Of a stretch of DNA of 64,000 nt, positions 28,560 to 38,051 are shown piece after piece (within the stretch, counting starts at the first letter, position 1; each line of letters starts with the position of its first letter). Source of the stretch: Planctomycetota bacterium (lineage in GTDB: Bacteria; Planctomycetota; Phycisphaerae; Phycisphaerales; UBA1924); assembly GCA_030950285.1 (NCBI GenBank), contig JAUZRR010000028.1:28064-92063 (forward strand). The letters are read 5' to 3'. The notes beneath the pieces were generated by a model, which saw only the letters and a list, made by a program, of their open reading frames with translations, was not told the origin of the DNA and searched no databases. The position numbers and the translations under genes are program-made.

Positions 28560-29311
28560 ATCGACCCGCGACGTTCCTCCCGCTGCGCTGCGCCCTCGAA
28601 GATATCACGATCACACTCGACCAAAGCGGCCCCCCGCCACCGACCGACGCGATGCTCAAACGGTGGGCTGCTGCGACCGCTGCCAACCCCCGCCTGTTCA
28701 ACGGCCCGATCCTTCGCTTCACCCGCTTCGACCCGCGCTCGCGCACCATCCACGCCACGAGCGACACCTACCAGCGCTACGCGATGCAGGACCGCCCGAC
28801 TCAGGTCACCGACCAGCACGACCACGCCAACGCGGTCTCCCACCTCGCGGTCACCGGCGTCGTCGTGGCGACCGATCGAGAAACCGGCACCGAGTCGGTC
28901 GTCCTCGGCAAGCGCAGCGGCGAGACCTTCGTCTACCCCTGCCTCTGGGAACACGCCCCGGGCGGAGGCCTTGAAACCACAGCAATCTACGATCAACTGC
29001 TCTGCGAGCTGGCTGAGGAACTCGGGCTCGAAGGGCTCGACAACCCCGAGCAACGCGACGCGCTGCTCGTGCCGCCCGGGCCGACCGACGTGCTCGGGCT
29101 CGCGTTTGATCCCAACACACCGAGCGTTGACGTGGTCGTCCACCTGCGCCTGCGTGAGGGCGCAGAACACGCACTCGGCAAAGACTCATGGGAATACGGC
29201 GATACGAAACTGATCCGCACGGACGCGCTGCCCGCGTTTCTCGCAGAGCACGGCGAACACGAGATCATCCCCCCGGCCGTCGCAATCTGGAAAGGGATGG
29301 GCTGGGTGTAA
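28556..29311 (+). CDS. NUDIX-like hydrolase domain protein
   Basis: Degenerate Nudix box GGGLETTAIYDQLLCELAEELGL. The GTG start overlaps the ybaB stop. Confidence 0.45.
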   Translation: MNRPATFLPLRCALEDITITLDQSGPPPPTDAMLKRWAAATAANPRLFNGPILRFTRFDPRSRTIHATSDTYQRYAMQDRPTQVTDQHDHANAVSHLAVTGVVVATDRETGTESVVLGKRSGETFVYPCLWEHAPGGGLETTAIYDQLLCELAEELGLEGLDNPEQRDALLVPPGPTDVLGLAFDPNTPSVDVVVHLRLREGAEHALGKDSWEYGDTKLIRTDALPAFLAEHGEHEIIPPAVAIWKGMGWV

Positions 29312-29318
29312 CACCGAC

Positions 29319-29675
29319 TCACGTCGGCTTGGTCCACGGGATGTCCTTGTCTTTCTGCAGCACGCCCGCCGACTGTTTCGCACACCGGCGGCAGAGGTAG
29401 GCCTCGCGCACCGGGCTCGACCAGATCGACTCCTCCCGCACCTCAAGGCACAGGTTGCACTTGACCCCCTCGGGCACGCCCTCGCTCCCACCGCTGTCGC
29501 CGCCGCGGGTGGTGAGCCCCAGTTCGGTGTAGGCAACCGTCAGGCAGTGCCCGCAGACGCAGTTGCCGTGGTGCCCTTCGACCATGGGCCGATCGTCGGT
29601 CCAGACGCTGCCGCAATAGTCACAGATGAAGTCTTCCATCTGCAGGTTGTCTTCGTCGCATCCTTCGCGCCGCAT
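29319..29675 (-). CDS. small Cys-rich (double zinc-ribbon-like) protein
   Basis: Cys pattern CDYC..(17)..CVCGHC and CNLC..(19)..CRRC. It lies 25 nt downstream of the ABC exporter gene on the same strand. The ATG at 29675 has an upstream GGTGAAGG. Confidence 0.45.
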   Translation of the reverse strand: MRREGCDEDNLQMEDFICDYCGSVWTDDRPMVEGHHGNCVCGHCLTVAYTELGLTTRGGDSGGSEGVPEGVKCNLCLEVREESIWSSPVREAYLCRRCAKQSAGVLQKDKDIPWTKPT

Positions 29676-29700
29676 CCTTCACCATCCTCTTGTACTGTAC

Positions 29701-31545
29701 TTATCGTTGCTCGAACAACTGTTTGTAGACGTCGCAGCGTTCGATGAGCTGCTCGTGTGTCCCGTCGTCGATCACGCCGCCTGCGCGCATCACGATGATC
29801 CGGTCGGCCGACGTGATGGTGCTTCGACGGTGGGCGACGATGATACATGTGCGGGACTTGGAGAACTCGCCGATCGCCTCGGCGATCTGCGCTTCGCTCT
29901 CGCCGTCGATCATACTCGTCGCTTCGTCGAGGATCAGAATCGCCGGGTCGCGGAGGATCGCCCGCGCGATCGCGATGCGTTGGCGCTGCCCGCCCGAGAG
30001 GGTCAGCCCCTGCTCCCCGACGACCGTGTCGTAGCCCTTTGGAAGCTGAGAGATAAAGTCGTGCGCACGAGCCTGTCGCGCGGCGGATTCGATGCTCTCG
30101 GCCGTCGCGTCGTTGGCGCCATACGCGATGTTGCTCGCGATCGTGCCCTCGAAGATGATCGTCTCCTGCGTGACCACGCCGATCTGACGGCGGAGGCTCC
30201 GCACCTGGTAGTCGCGGATGTCGCGGCCGTCGATCATCACCCGCCCGCCGGGGTTGTTTGCGCTGCCGGTTTGGTCAGGGTCGAACAGCCGGGGGATCAG
30301 CCCGAGCAGCGTGGTCTTGCCGCAGCCGTTGGGGCCGACGATCGCGACGCGCTCGCCGTGGTTGATGGTGATCGAGACCTCCCGCAGCGCCGGCGTTGTC
30401 GCGCCGGGATAGGTAAACGTCACCCGGTCGAGCTCGACACTCTTGCGGTGCCGGGGCAGCTTGGGGAGTTTGTTGCTGTGCCCGGGCTCGGGCTCCATCG
30501 CCATGAGTTCCTGCAGCCGCTGAGCCGCGGCACTCGACGCCTGGACCTCGTTGATGAGCCCGGTCAACGGCTTGAGCGACGCCCCAGCGGCGCCGAGCGC
30601 CACCAGCGTTGCGATAAAGACCTCGACCTCGATGTGCCCGTCGAGGATCGCCTTGGACGCGACCAGCGAGAGCATGCCCAGCGCAAAGAGCGCCAGCACC
30701 TCGACCAGCGGGCTCGCCAGCGCCCGCGCCACCCGCACCCGCATCATGTCCTTCATGAACTCTTTGTTGATGCGGTGGAACCGGCCGGCTTCGTACCGCT
30801 CGGTCGTGTACACCTTGACCACCCGCAAGCCGCGGAGCACCTCGCCGGTCGAGGCATACAACCCCGCCTGACTCTTGAGCGCCCCGCGCGAGGCGCGGCG
30901 GATCCGTTTGCCCAGCTTGCGAATCACGATGTACAGCAGCACGATCACCGGCAACGCCGAGACCACAAGGAGCGGGCTCAGCACCAACGCCGCGGCCAAC
31001 CCCGCGACGCCCTTGGTCACCTGCGCCACCGTCCGCGAAAGCAGCGTCGCGAACCCGTGCCCGAGTTGGTGGGAGTCGTTGACGATGCGGCTGACCGGGT
31101 CGCTCGCCCCCCCGGCGACCACCGTCTTGAGCGGCAGCCGCACCACCTTGTGGAACGCCTCGCGCCGGATATTCGTGCTCGTGCGGTAGACCACCGTCAG
31201 CGACAGATACGCGTGCAGAAAGTTGGCTGCCGCCCCGATGAGCGCCAGCACCCCAAGCACGACCACGATGGTCACGATCGCGGTAAACTGCCCCACGGGC
31301 AACGAAGCAATCCACGACGCCGGCAGCTGCGCCCAGCCCATGATCGCCGGGAGGCTGTTGTTGTACGCCTGCGCCAGGTCGGGCAGCCCGCTGTGGTCCT
31401 TCTCGAGGATGTTCCGCAGCACCGGCGCGATCGAGACCAGCCCCACGCCCAGCCCGCCGGCCGAGACGCACGCGAATACCATCGCCCAGACGATGGTGGC
31501 CTTGTACCGCAACATGCGGGCTGCAAAATGCCAGAATGCGTCCAT
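29701..31545 (-). CDS. ABC transporter, fused permease/ATPase (MsbA-like exporter)
   Basis: Six TM helices followed by an NBD with Walker A GPNGCGKTT, signature LSGGQRQRIAIARA and Walker B ILILDEATS. The start was set to ATG 31545 (MDAFWHFAARMLRYK). Confidence 0.8.
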   Translation of the reverse strand: MDAFWHFAARMLRYKATIVWAMVFACVSAGGLGVGLVSIAPVLRNILEKDHSGLPDLAQAYNNSLPAIMGWAQLPASWIASLPVGQFTAIVTIVVVLGVLALIGAAANFLHAYLSLTVVYRTSTNIRREAFHKVVRLPLKTVVAGGASDPVSRIVNDSHQLGHGFATLLSRTVAQVTKGVAGLAAALVLSPLLVVSALPVIVLLYIVIRKLGKRIRRASRGALKSQAGLYASTGEVLRGLRVVKVYTTERYEAGRFHRINKEFMKDMMRVRVARALASPLVEVLALFALGMLSLVASKAILDGHIEVEVFIATLVALGAAGASLKPLTGLINEVQASSAAAQRLQELMAMEPEPGHSNKLPKLPRHRKSVELDRVTFTYPGATTPALREVSITINHGERVAIVGPNGCGKTTLLGLIPRLFDPDQTGSANNPGGRVMIDGRDIRDYQVRSLRRQIGVVTQETIIFEGTIASNIAYGANDATAESIESAARQARAHDFISQLPKGYDTVVGEQGLTLSGGQRQRIAIARAILRDPAILILDEATSMIDGESEAQIAEAIGEFSKSRTCIIVAHRRSTITSADRIIVMRAGGVIDDGTHEQLIERCDVYKQLFEQR

Positions 31546-31675
31546 AAGGTCTATCAGTATTGAACCCAATTCGGCCCGGGTACACCCGCTCGCCGAATAA
31601 CCACGACTCGGACCCCCGCCACACACCCCCCCGCACCCACGCAGCGCCCCCACAACCCGACCACGCGACGCTCGA

Positions 31676-32746
31676 ATGAAAAACCCTCGCGCCACGATCA
31701 TTGTCCCCTGCTTCAACCACGGCCGCTTCGTCGCCGAGGCCGTCGCCAGCGCCCTGGCACAGACCAATGCCCAGACCCGCGTGGTCGTGGTCGACGACGG
31801 CTCCGACGACGGCACCACTCCCCGGGCCTGCGACGACCTCCTCGAAACCTTCGGCACCGACCGGGTGCTGGTCATCCATCAGCAAAACACCGGCCTGCCC
31901 GGGGCCCGCAACCGCGGCGCACAGGAAGCCGAGACCGAGTACCTCGCGTTTCTCGACGCCGACGACACGATCGCGCCGGAGTTCGTCAGCTCGCTCGCCG
32001 CAGCACTCGAACACAACCCGACAGAAATCGACAACGTTCGTGTCAGCCACGCCTACTGCCAGGAGACCCTCACCGACCGCGCCCATGGCACGTGGCGCGT
32101 CCCCGAGTGGGACGCCGAGCTGCTGCTCATCACCAATCTGCACCCGGTGACGTGCCTGGTCCGCCGCGACGTGTTCGAAGCGGTCGGCGGGTTCGACCCT
32201 TCCATGACCGAAGGCTACGAGGACTGGGAGTTCTGGATCCGCCTCAGCGCCCGCGGCTACCGGGGGGTCCGCGTTGCCGAGCCCTTGTTCTTCTGGCGTC
32301 GCCACTCACAAGACACCATGATCCATGACGCCGTGACCAAACACGATCAACTCTACAGCCAGATCATCGACCGCCACCGCGATCTTTACAACTCGCGATT
32401 CGAGGCCCTCGCCCGCCGCTGCAACTCGATGCTCCGTGAGTTTGATTGCAACTGGATCGACGAAACGGGCACACCGATCCCGCTGCAATATCTGCACAAA
32501 AAGACGGCCGAGGCGCACGGCCTGGAACGCGACCTGCGCGCGGTGCAACAGGAACTGGCCGCCGCCCGCGAGCACGCCGCGGCCTGCGCCAGGCGCAGCA
32601 AGGCGGTGCGGGCCGAGTACGAATCGATGACCGGGGTGCGGCTGCACCGCAGAGCGCGCCGGGTGCTCGACGCGATGCCCCGCGTCATCCGCGCGCCCCT
32701 GCTCGGCGTGTTGCAGATTGTGCGGCGCGTGCTGGTGCGGGACTGA
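31676..32746 (+). CDS. glycosyltransferase family 2 with C-terminal coiled-coil
   Basis: Motifs IIVPCFNHGRFVAEAV, VVVDDGSDDGT and FLDADD. It is divergent from the ABC exporter gene. Confidence 0.75.
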   Translation: MKNPRATIIVPCFNHGRFVAEAVASALAQTNAQTRVVVVDDGSDDGTTPRACDDLLETFGTDRVLVIHQQNTGLPGARNRGAQEAETEYLAFLDADDTIAPEFVSSLAAALEHNPTEIDNVRVSHAYCQETLTDRAHGTWRVPEWDAELLLITNLHPVTCLVRRDVFEAVGGFDPSMTEGYEDWEFWIRLSARGYRGVRVAEPLFFWRRHSQDTMIHDAVTKHDQLYSQIIDRHRDLYNSRFEALARRCNSMLREFDCNWIDETGTPIPLQYLHKKTAEAHGLERDLRAVQQELAAAREHAAACARRSKAVRAEYESMTGVRLHRRARRVLDAMPRVIRAPLLGVLQIVRRVLVRD

Positions 32747-32790
32747 CGTGCCGGGGACCATTTCTTCGGGTTTTTCCACACGTTGGCTTT

Positions 32791-32867
32791 GTCCCCTCGC
32801 TTGCGCGAGGGGCTCTTTGGTCTGTAGGCCGTGTGCTTCATAGAGCCCCTCGCGCAAGCGAGGGGAC
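32791..32867. repeat. family-A inverted-repeat element, copy 2
   Basis: Sequence is GTCCCCTCGCTTGCGCGAGGGGCTCT, a 25-nt spacer, then AGAGCCCCTCGCGCAAGCGAGGGGAC. It lies between the convergent GT2 and metalloprotease genes. Confidence 0.9.
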
Positions 32868-33005
32868 AACCGCGACAGCGCAACCCGACAAAGCACAAAG
32901 ACGCAAACTGTTCTATGCAAACCGCCTCATAAAAAGACCCCGCGGGCACGTTCGCCCGCGGGGTCCGGAGTTGCTCGGGTGTATCGCCTCAGACGCGCTT
33001 CAGGA

Positions 33006-35762
33006 TCAGCGGTTCACGACATACGCCGCGTCCATCGCTTTGGCGATCCGCGTGCGGACCGCGTCAAGGTGCGCCGCGGTGTAAGGATCGGGCGAGCCGC
33101 CCTGGGCTTTCCTCGCAGCCCCGTCGATGCGCTTGAGCTCTTGCGTTGCCAGCGCGCTGATGGTCCGCATCGCCGGGCTGGTCGTGCGGTCCATGAGCGC
33201 GAGTGTGATGAGTCGGTCGGCGTGCTCACGCTGGAGGTTGCGATCGAAGCTCGAGACCATCTGGTTGGTGGCGGAGTAGTCGCCCTTCTTGGCGCTGGCC
33301 ACGCCGTCCCAGACCGCGTCGGTCACCGTGGTGACAAGCTCGGCAAGGGTGAAGGCGTCCTCCTGCCCCGCGGTGCGGAACTCGTTGTCGTAGACCCGGC
33401 GGAGCTTGCCGGGGTTCAAGACAAACGTCATCGCGGTCGCCTGGATGCCGCCGATCATGTCGTGGACGGTGAAGCTCGGGTCGGCCATCATCTCGCGGGT
33501 CCCGGCGGCATCCCACCAGTACTCCTTGCCGAAGTGGCGGACCAGGTCAGGCGTCAGGCCGAACGCTTCCTCGTTGAAGCTGTTGTCGATGATGAGCTTG
33601 AGCGCGCGGCGTTGCTGTGCTACGGGCACGTCCTCGATCGCAGCCCGCCCGCCCTCGCTCTTGAAGTCGTTGTTGCTGAACGTGCCACCGATCCATCGCG
33701 ACGCGATCGAGAGGCACTGCACGTGCGTGCCGAGCATGTTCTGATAGCGACGGCGGACCAGCGCCCAGGACTCCCCGTCGTCGACGATATCGCTGACCAG
33801 CTTGCTGCGCAGCTCTTTGACAAGCCCCAGCCTGGACTCGCAGAAGTTGAGATTGTCAGCACCGTTGTCCCACGTCATGTTGCGCGGGTCAGAGCCCGAC
33901 GACATCTCCATCTGGCTGAGGAAGATCAGGTCGGGCTCGCTCGAGCGTTCGAGCAGCGTCTCGAGCTCGCCCTCGGGGCCGTAGCCGTACGCGATCGCCC
34001 ACTTGTCGTAGGGTCCGACCGCCGGCGTGGCGTAGGGCCCTTGCACCGGGCCGAGGCCGTAGTTGATGTTGGCTGCGATGTAGTCCATCACCGAGCCCGA
34101 GGTCGCGCCCTCGTACTCGCCGGAGTGGACCTCAGCGAGCGTGCGGATCGAAGACGCCGCCATGTTGTGCTGCAACCCCAGACAGTGCCCGATCTCGTGG
34201 CACGCGATGTAGCGGATCATCGGCCCGATGTACTCCTCGGGGATGCCGTCGAGCAGGTCCTCACTCTCGTCGGCGCTGAGCACCGACCCGGCCAACGCCG
34301 CGTCAAAGAGCGAGAGGTCGGCTGCGAGCATGTTCCCGATGCGGCAGGCGTTGTTGGTGTGGTCGTGGGCCTGTGGCGCGAGGGGGTGGCCCTCCTCGCC
34401 GAAAGCGTCGGCCCCGCGCTCTTCGAGCGCCAACGCCAGCTCACGCTGCTTGCGCTCACGCTCGCCCGGTGCTGCCATCCGGATCCGCGGATCCCACTCG
34501 GGATGCTCGGCAAAGAACGCCAGCGTGTCGGGCGTAAACGAGGTCGCGGTGATGTCGTCACTCAGCCCCTCGAGCATGTTGCGGACCGCCCGGGTCAGCC
34601 CCTGGTGCCACACCACGTCGGCGTCAAGGATCTCACCAGTCTCTGGGTTGGTCCGGCTCGGGCCGATCGCGTACGACTGATCACTCGAGCTCCAGCGGAA
34701 GAAGTTGTACCGCGCGTCCTCGGGGTCTTTATCCATATGCGCACCCGTCGCGGCGTCCTGCTGATAGACCACCACCGCACCGTCGATCCCGATCTCGCGG
34801 AACGCCTCGTTCCACATCTCGATCCCCTCACGCACATACCGGCGGAACTGCACCGGCGTCGTGTGCTCGATGTACCACACGATCGGCTGCTTGGGAGGGC
34901 TCATCTTGAGCTTGGGGTCGGCCTTCTCGACGTACCAGCGGTTGATGTACCGCTCGGTCACCTCCTGGTTTGCCGGCTTGGCGTAGTCGCTGTAGGAGTC
35001 GTAAAAATACCCGACGCGCGGATCTGCTTTGCGAGGCTTGTACCCGGGGGTGCCCGAGAGCTCACCCACCGCGTAGCTCAGCCGCACCAGCCGCCCGCTG
35101 GAGGAAGGCAACTCGTACTCGACGACAAAGTTCTTGGGGAAGCTCTTTGCCTTGGTGAGCTTAATGAGCGAGGGGTTGACGCCCCGAACGCTCGGCCCGA
35201 AGCCGCCGAACGCGCTGAACCGAAAGAACTTGGTCGCCTGCTTGGTCGCGACAGCGCCGAAGTCGATCACCGGCCGCCCGCCGGGGGCTTCGCTCACGAT
35301 CGGAACCGTGAGCAGCACGGTGTCGGTAAAGAGCTGCTTGATCGAGTCCTGCGCCTGCTTGTCGCCGGTGGTGCGGACCGCGAGGTTGGGCATGATCAGC
35401 GCGAGCTGTTTGTCGTACCGCTTCCACTTGACGTAGTAGGTCGGGCCCATCACGCCCGCCTGCGGATCGCCACCCGAGACGGTGCAGGCGATCATGAGCA
35501 TCTGCTTCTCGTAGTTGCGGGGCAGCACCGTGAGCAGCTTGCCGGTCTTGTCGTCTTTGTAAAGGTCGTAGAGACCCGCCGAGCCGTCGGTCGTCGAAAC
35601 AACCTTGGTCAGCCCCTCGATGGTCTTGTCGAAGGGCGCGAAATCAGCGTCGGCTTTCTGCGCCTGGAGGGGTGCGGAAACGCCAGCCACCCCCATCCCG
35701 GCGGGCACGCCGACACAAGCAAGCAAAGCGAGAGCGAGAACGGATCGTTGCGAACGATGCAT
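33006..35762 (-). CDS. secreted zinc metalloprotease (metzincin-like HExxHxxGxxH)
   Basis: Zinc-binding motif ACHEIGHCLGLQHNM. The signal peptide MHRSQRSVLALALLACVGVPAG starts at ATG 35762. The protein is about 918 aa. Confidence 0.75.
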   Translation of the reverse strand: MHRSQRSVLALALLACVGVPAGMGVAGVSAPLQAQKADADFAPFDKTIEGLTKVVSTTDGSAGLYDLYKDDKTGKLLTVLPRNYEKQMLMIACTVSGGDPQAGVMGPTYYVKWKRYDKQLALIMPNLAVRTTGDKQAQDSIKQLFTDTVLLTVPIVSEAPGGRPVIDFGAVATKQATKFFRFSAFGGFGPSVRGVNPSLIKLTKAKSFPKNFVVEYELPSSSGRLVRLSYAVGELSGTPGYKPRKADPRVGYFYDSYSDYAKPANQEVTERYINRWYVEKADPKLKMSPPKQPIVWYIEHTTPVQFRRYVREGIEMWNEAFREIGIDGAVVVYQQDAATGAHMDKDPEDARYNFFRWSSSDQSYAIGPSRTNPETGEILDADVVWHQGLTRAVRNMLEGLSDDITATSFTPDTLAFFAEHPEWDPRIRMAAPGERERKQRELALALEERGADAFGEEGHPLAPQAHDHTNNACRIGNMLAADLSLFDAALAGSVLSADESEDLLDGIPEEYIGPMIRYIACHEIGHCLGLQHNMAASSIRTLAEVHSGEYEGATSGSVMDYIAANINYGLGPVQGPYATPAVGPYDKWAIAYGYGPEGELETLLERSSEPDLIFLSQMEMSSGSDPRNMTWDNGADNLNFCESRLGLVKELRSKLVSDIVDDGESWALVRRRYQNMLGTHVQCLSIASRWIGGTFSNNDFKSEGGRAAIEDVPVAQQRRALKLIIDNSFNEEAFGLTPDLVRHFGKEYWWDAAGTREMMADPSFTVHDMIGGIQATAMTFVLNPGKLRRVYDNEFRTAGQEDAFTLAELVTTVTDAVWDGVASAKKGDYSATNQMVSSFDRNLQREHADRLITLALMDRTTSPAMRTISALATQELKRIDGAARKAQGGSPDPYTAAHLDAVRTRIAKAMDAAYVVNR

Positions 35763-36078
35763 GGGTGAACTCCTGGTGTGTACTACTGTGTCGCCGCGGC
35801 ACCTGTCCCGCCGTGCCGCGCCCTCGGTTGTGTCTCGACTGCCACCGGCCGAGTCCGAACTGCGCACAGCATACATCAGGACCGCGACAGCCCGGTGCCC
35901 ATAACGATGCGCACCGCACAGATTTCCGTCAGACGCCCAACCCCGCGATCAGTGCTCCGTCCAGCCAAACATTTTTGACCCCAGTAAAAACCCTTCCCCC
36001 ACGATCGCCCCCCCACCCCCAACACCACGGGCCCGTCATAACCACCGGGTGTCGGGCGTCTCTGCCGTCCCGCCGGTT

Positions 36079-37284
36079 TCAGTCGTTGTCAGGGCGCATC
36101 GCATGAGCCCACTCATGCCGCCGCAGATACGCCACCAGGCACGCCGAATCCCTGGCATCGGTGCTCCCGTCGCCGTTGAGGTCCTCGGGGTGGGTGTGCT
36201 GGTGGTGGAGGTCTTCGATATCGATCTGGCCGTCGTCGTTGGTGTCCGCCGGGCACGCTTCGAGCCCGGTGAGGCGGAAGACCACGACGGTGTTGGTGCT
36301 CAGGGGGTCGCCGTCGTCGACCACACCGACGAGGGCGTGCATCGAGGCACCGAGCCTGGGGCCGAGGCAGAGCCCCTCAAGATTGGCGTGCCCGCCCTGA
36401 TAGAGCAGCCGCTTGCCGACGGCTGTGAACTCTGCACCGTCAAGCGCGTCGAGGTGAGAGACATCGCCCGCACTCGCAAAGTCGAGTTCGTAGATGCGCG
36501 TCAAAAAGACCGGGTCGGCAAACGCCAGCGACCGCTCGAGAGCGAGCAGTCTCCCGTCCGGCAGCGCCACCAGATCGGTCAGGCCGCTCTGCCCGGGGTT
36601 GCCGAACGGGAACCGTGGCCCGTGCATGGGTTCGACGAGATAGACCTGTTGCGAGAGTGCCGCGCCGGTCCTCGGCTGCACCCGCAGCAGCCGCACCGTG
36701 GTGCCGACCTCGGGCGAGGCTCGGGGTCCATCGGGCACGAGTGCTTCCTCGTTGGCGACCCACACCATTTCGGGATCAAACGTGAGTGATTCCAGGCCTC
36801 GGTTGTTCCGCCGGGATTCGTAGACCGCAGGCACCGGCAACAGCCGCACGAGCGAACCATCGGCCAGAGCATATTCGGCAACGGTCGTGTTCCGTTCGTC
36901 ACCGATCAGCACCGAACCCTCCCCGGCCCGCGCGATGCCTTCGAGGTCTCCCGAGCGATCGAGAGTGATGCCGCGCACCCCCGAGAGGCTTTCGATCGAG
37001 CCGTCAGCCGCGAGCGCCAGATCGAACAGCACCACCTTGTCGCTGTTGTCCATCACCGCGGCGAAGGACCGCCCGCCGAGCCACGTCACGCCGCTGAGCC
37101 CGGTCAGCGCAAAGGGCTCGCCGTGCTGATCGGTCGCGGCATCGGGCAGGAGCACCGCCCCGGTGTGCTCGACCGCCAACTGGGCAGCAACCCGTCCGGA
37201 TGTGACGCCGAGGAGGGCCGCAAAGGCACAGCAACATGCACGTCGATAGAGCACAGATGAGCAGAGTCTACAGGCTCGCGGCAT
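36079..37284 (-). CDS. secreted beta-propeller protein (phytase-like esterase family?) with dockerin-like C-terminus
   Basis: The body resembles the 'esterase-like activity of phytase' family; this is a weak call from memory. The C-terminus is CPADTNDDGQIDIEDL...DLNGDGSTDARDSAC, two EF-hand-like loops bracketed by Cys. The start is uncertain (ATG 37284 chosen). Confidence 0.45.
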   Translation of the reverse strand: MPRACRLCSSVLYRRACCCAFAALLGVTSGRVAAQLAVEHTGAVLLPDAATDQHGEPFALTGLSGVTWLGGRSFAAVMDNSDKVVLFDLALAADGSIESLSGVRGITLDRSGDLEGIARAGEGSVLIGDERNTTVAEYALADGSLVRLLPVPAVYESRRNNRGLESLTFDPEMVWVANEEALVPDGPRASPEVGTTVRLLRVQPRTGAALSQQVYLVEPMHGPRFPFGNPGQSGLTDLVALPDGRLLALERSLAFADPVFLTRIYELDFASAGDVSHLDALDGAEFTAVGKRLLYQGGHANLEGLCLGPRLGASMHALVGVVDDGDPLSTNTVVVFRLTGLEACPADTNDDGQIDIEDLHHQHTHPEDLNGDGSTDARDSACLVAYLRRHEWAHAMRPDND

Positions 37285-37364
37285 CTCTTGCCGGGCGGTC
37301 CGAACCGCGCGAAGACCCGGGTGCGGGCAGGCAGTGACAGCGGCCGTGCCGGAGCGTCCGTACC

Positions 37365-38051
37365 ATGCGGACGATGGCAAAGCGTGTGCTCCATGACAAA
37401 TACTTCAAGCTGGCCAAGGCCGAGGGCTACGTCGCCCGCTCGGCGTACAAGCTGCTCGAGATCGACGAGCGGTACCGGGTGCTCAACAGGGGCAAGTGGG
37501 TGCTCGATGTCGGGTGCGCGCCGGGGTCGTGGCTTCAGGTTGCAGCCGAGCGGGTCGGCCCGCGCGGGCGGGTCGTGGGGATCGACCTCCAGCGGGTCGA
37601 TCACCGCATGCCCGACAACGTGGTGATGTTCGAGGGCGACGCCGAGCAGGTGCCGCCCGAGGTGCTGCTCGAACTGGTCGGCGGAGAGGTCGGCGGCGAC
37701 CTGTTCCACTCGGTGCTCAGTGACATGGCGCCCAAAACTACCGGGCACGTGGACGACCTGGTCTCGGCGCGGCTGTGCCGGAGCGTGCTCAAGCTGCTGC
37801 CCGACCTGCTCCGCCCCGGCGGGCACCTGGTCATGAAAATCCTCGAAGGGCAGGAGTACCCGCTGGTCCTGCGCGAGACCCAACGGATGTTCGACCACGC
37901 CAAGGGGTTCAAGCCCAACGCCAGCCGCGACGTCTCGCGCGAGATGTTCATCGTCGGCAAGCGGTTCAAGGGGCCCAGGCCGGCGAAGACTGCCGATTCC
38001 AACGCTGTCTCGCCCGAAAGCAAAGAGCCAAACGCAGAGACAACGCCGTGA
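37365..38051 (+). CDS. rlmE: 23S rRNA (uridine-2'-O)-methyltransferase RlmE/FtsJ
   Basis: Motifs RSAYKLLEIDERY, VLDVGCAPGSW and LSDMAPKTTG. Confidence 0.85.
   Translation: MRTMAKRVLHDKYFKLAKAEGYVARSAYKLLEIDERYRVLNRGKWVLDVGCAPGSWLQVAAERVGPRGRVVGIDLQRVDHRMPDNVVMFEGDAEQVPPEVLLELVGGEVGGDLFHSVLSDMAPKTTGHVDDLVSARLCRSVLKLLPDLLRPGGHLVMKILEGQEYPLVLRETQRMFDHAKGFKPNASRDVSREMFIVGKRFKGPRPAKTADSNAVSPESKEPNAETTP

Noticed and set aside
32979-35768. 929-aa plus-strand ORF antisense to the zinc metalloprotease
   Set aside because: It has no motifs and an Arg/Val/Asp-biased composition. The minus-strand frame carries HEIGHCLGLQHN and a signal peptide.
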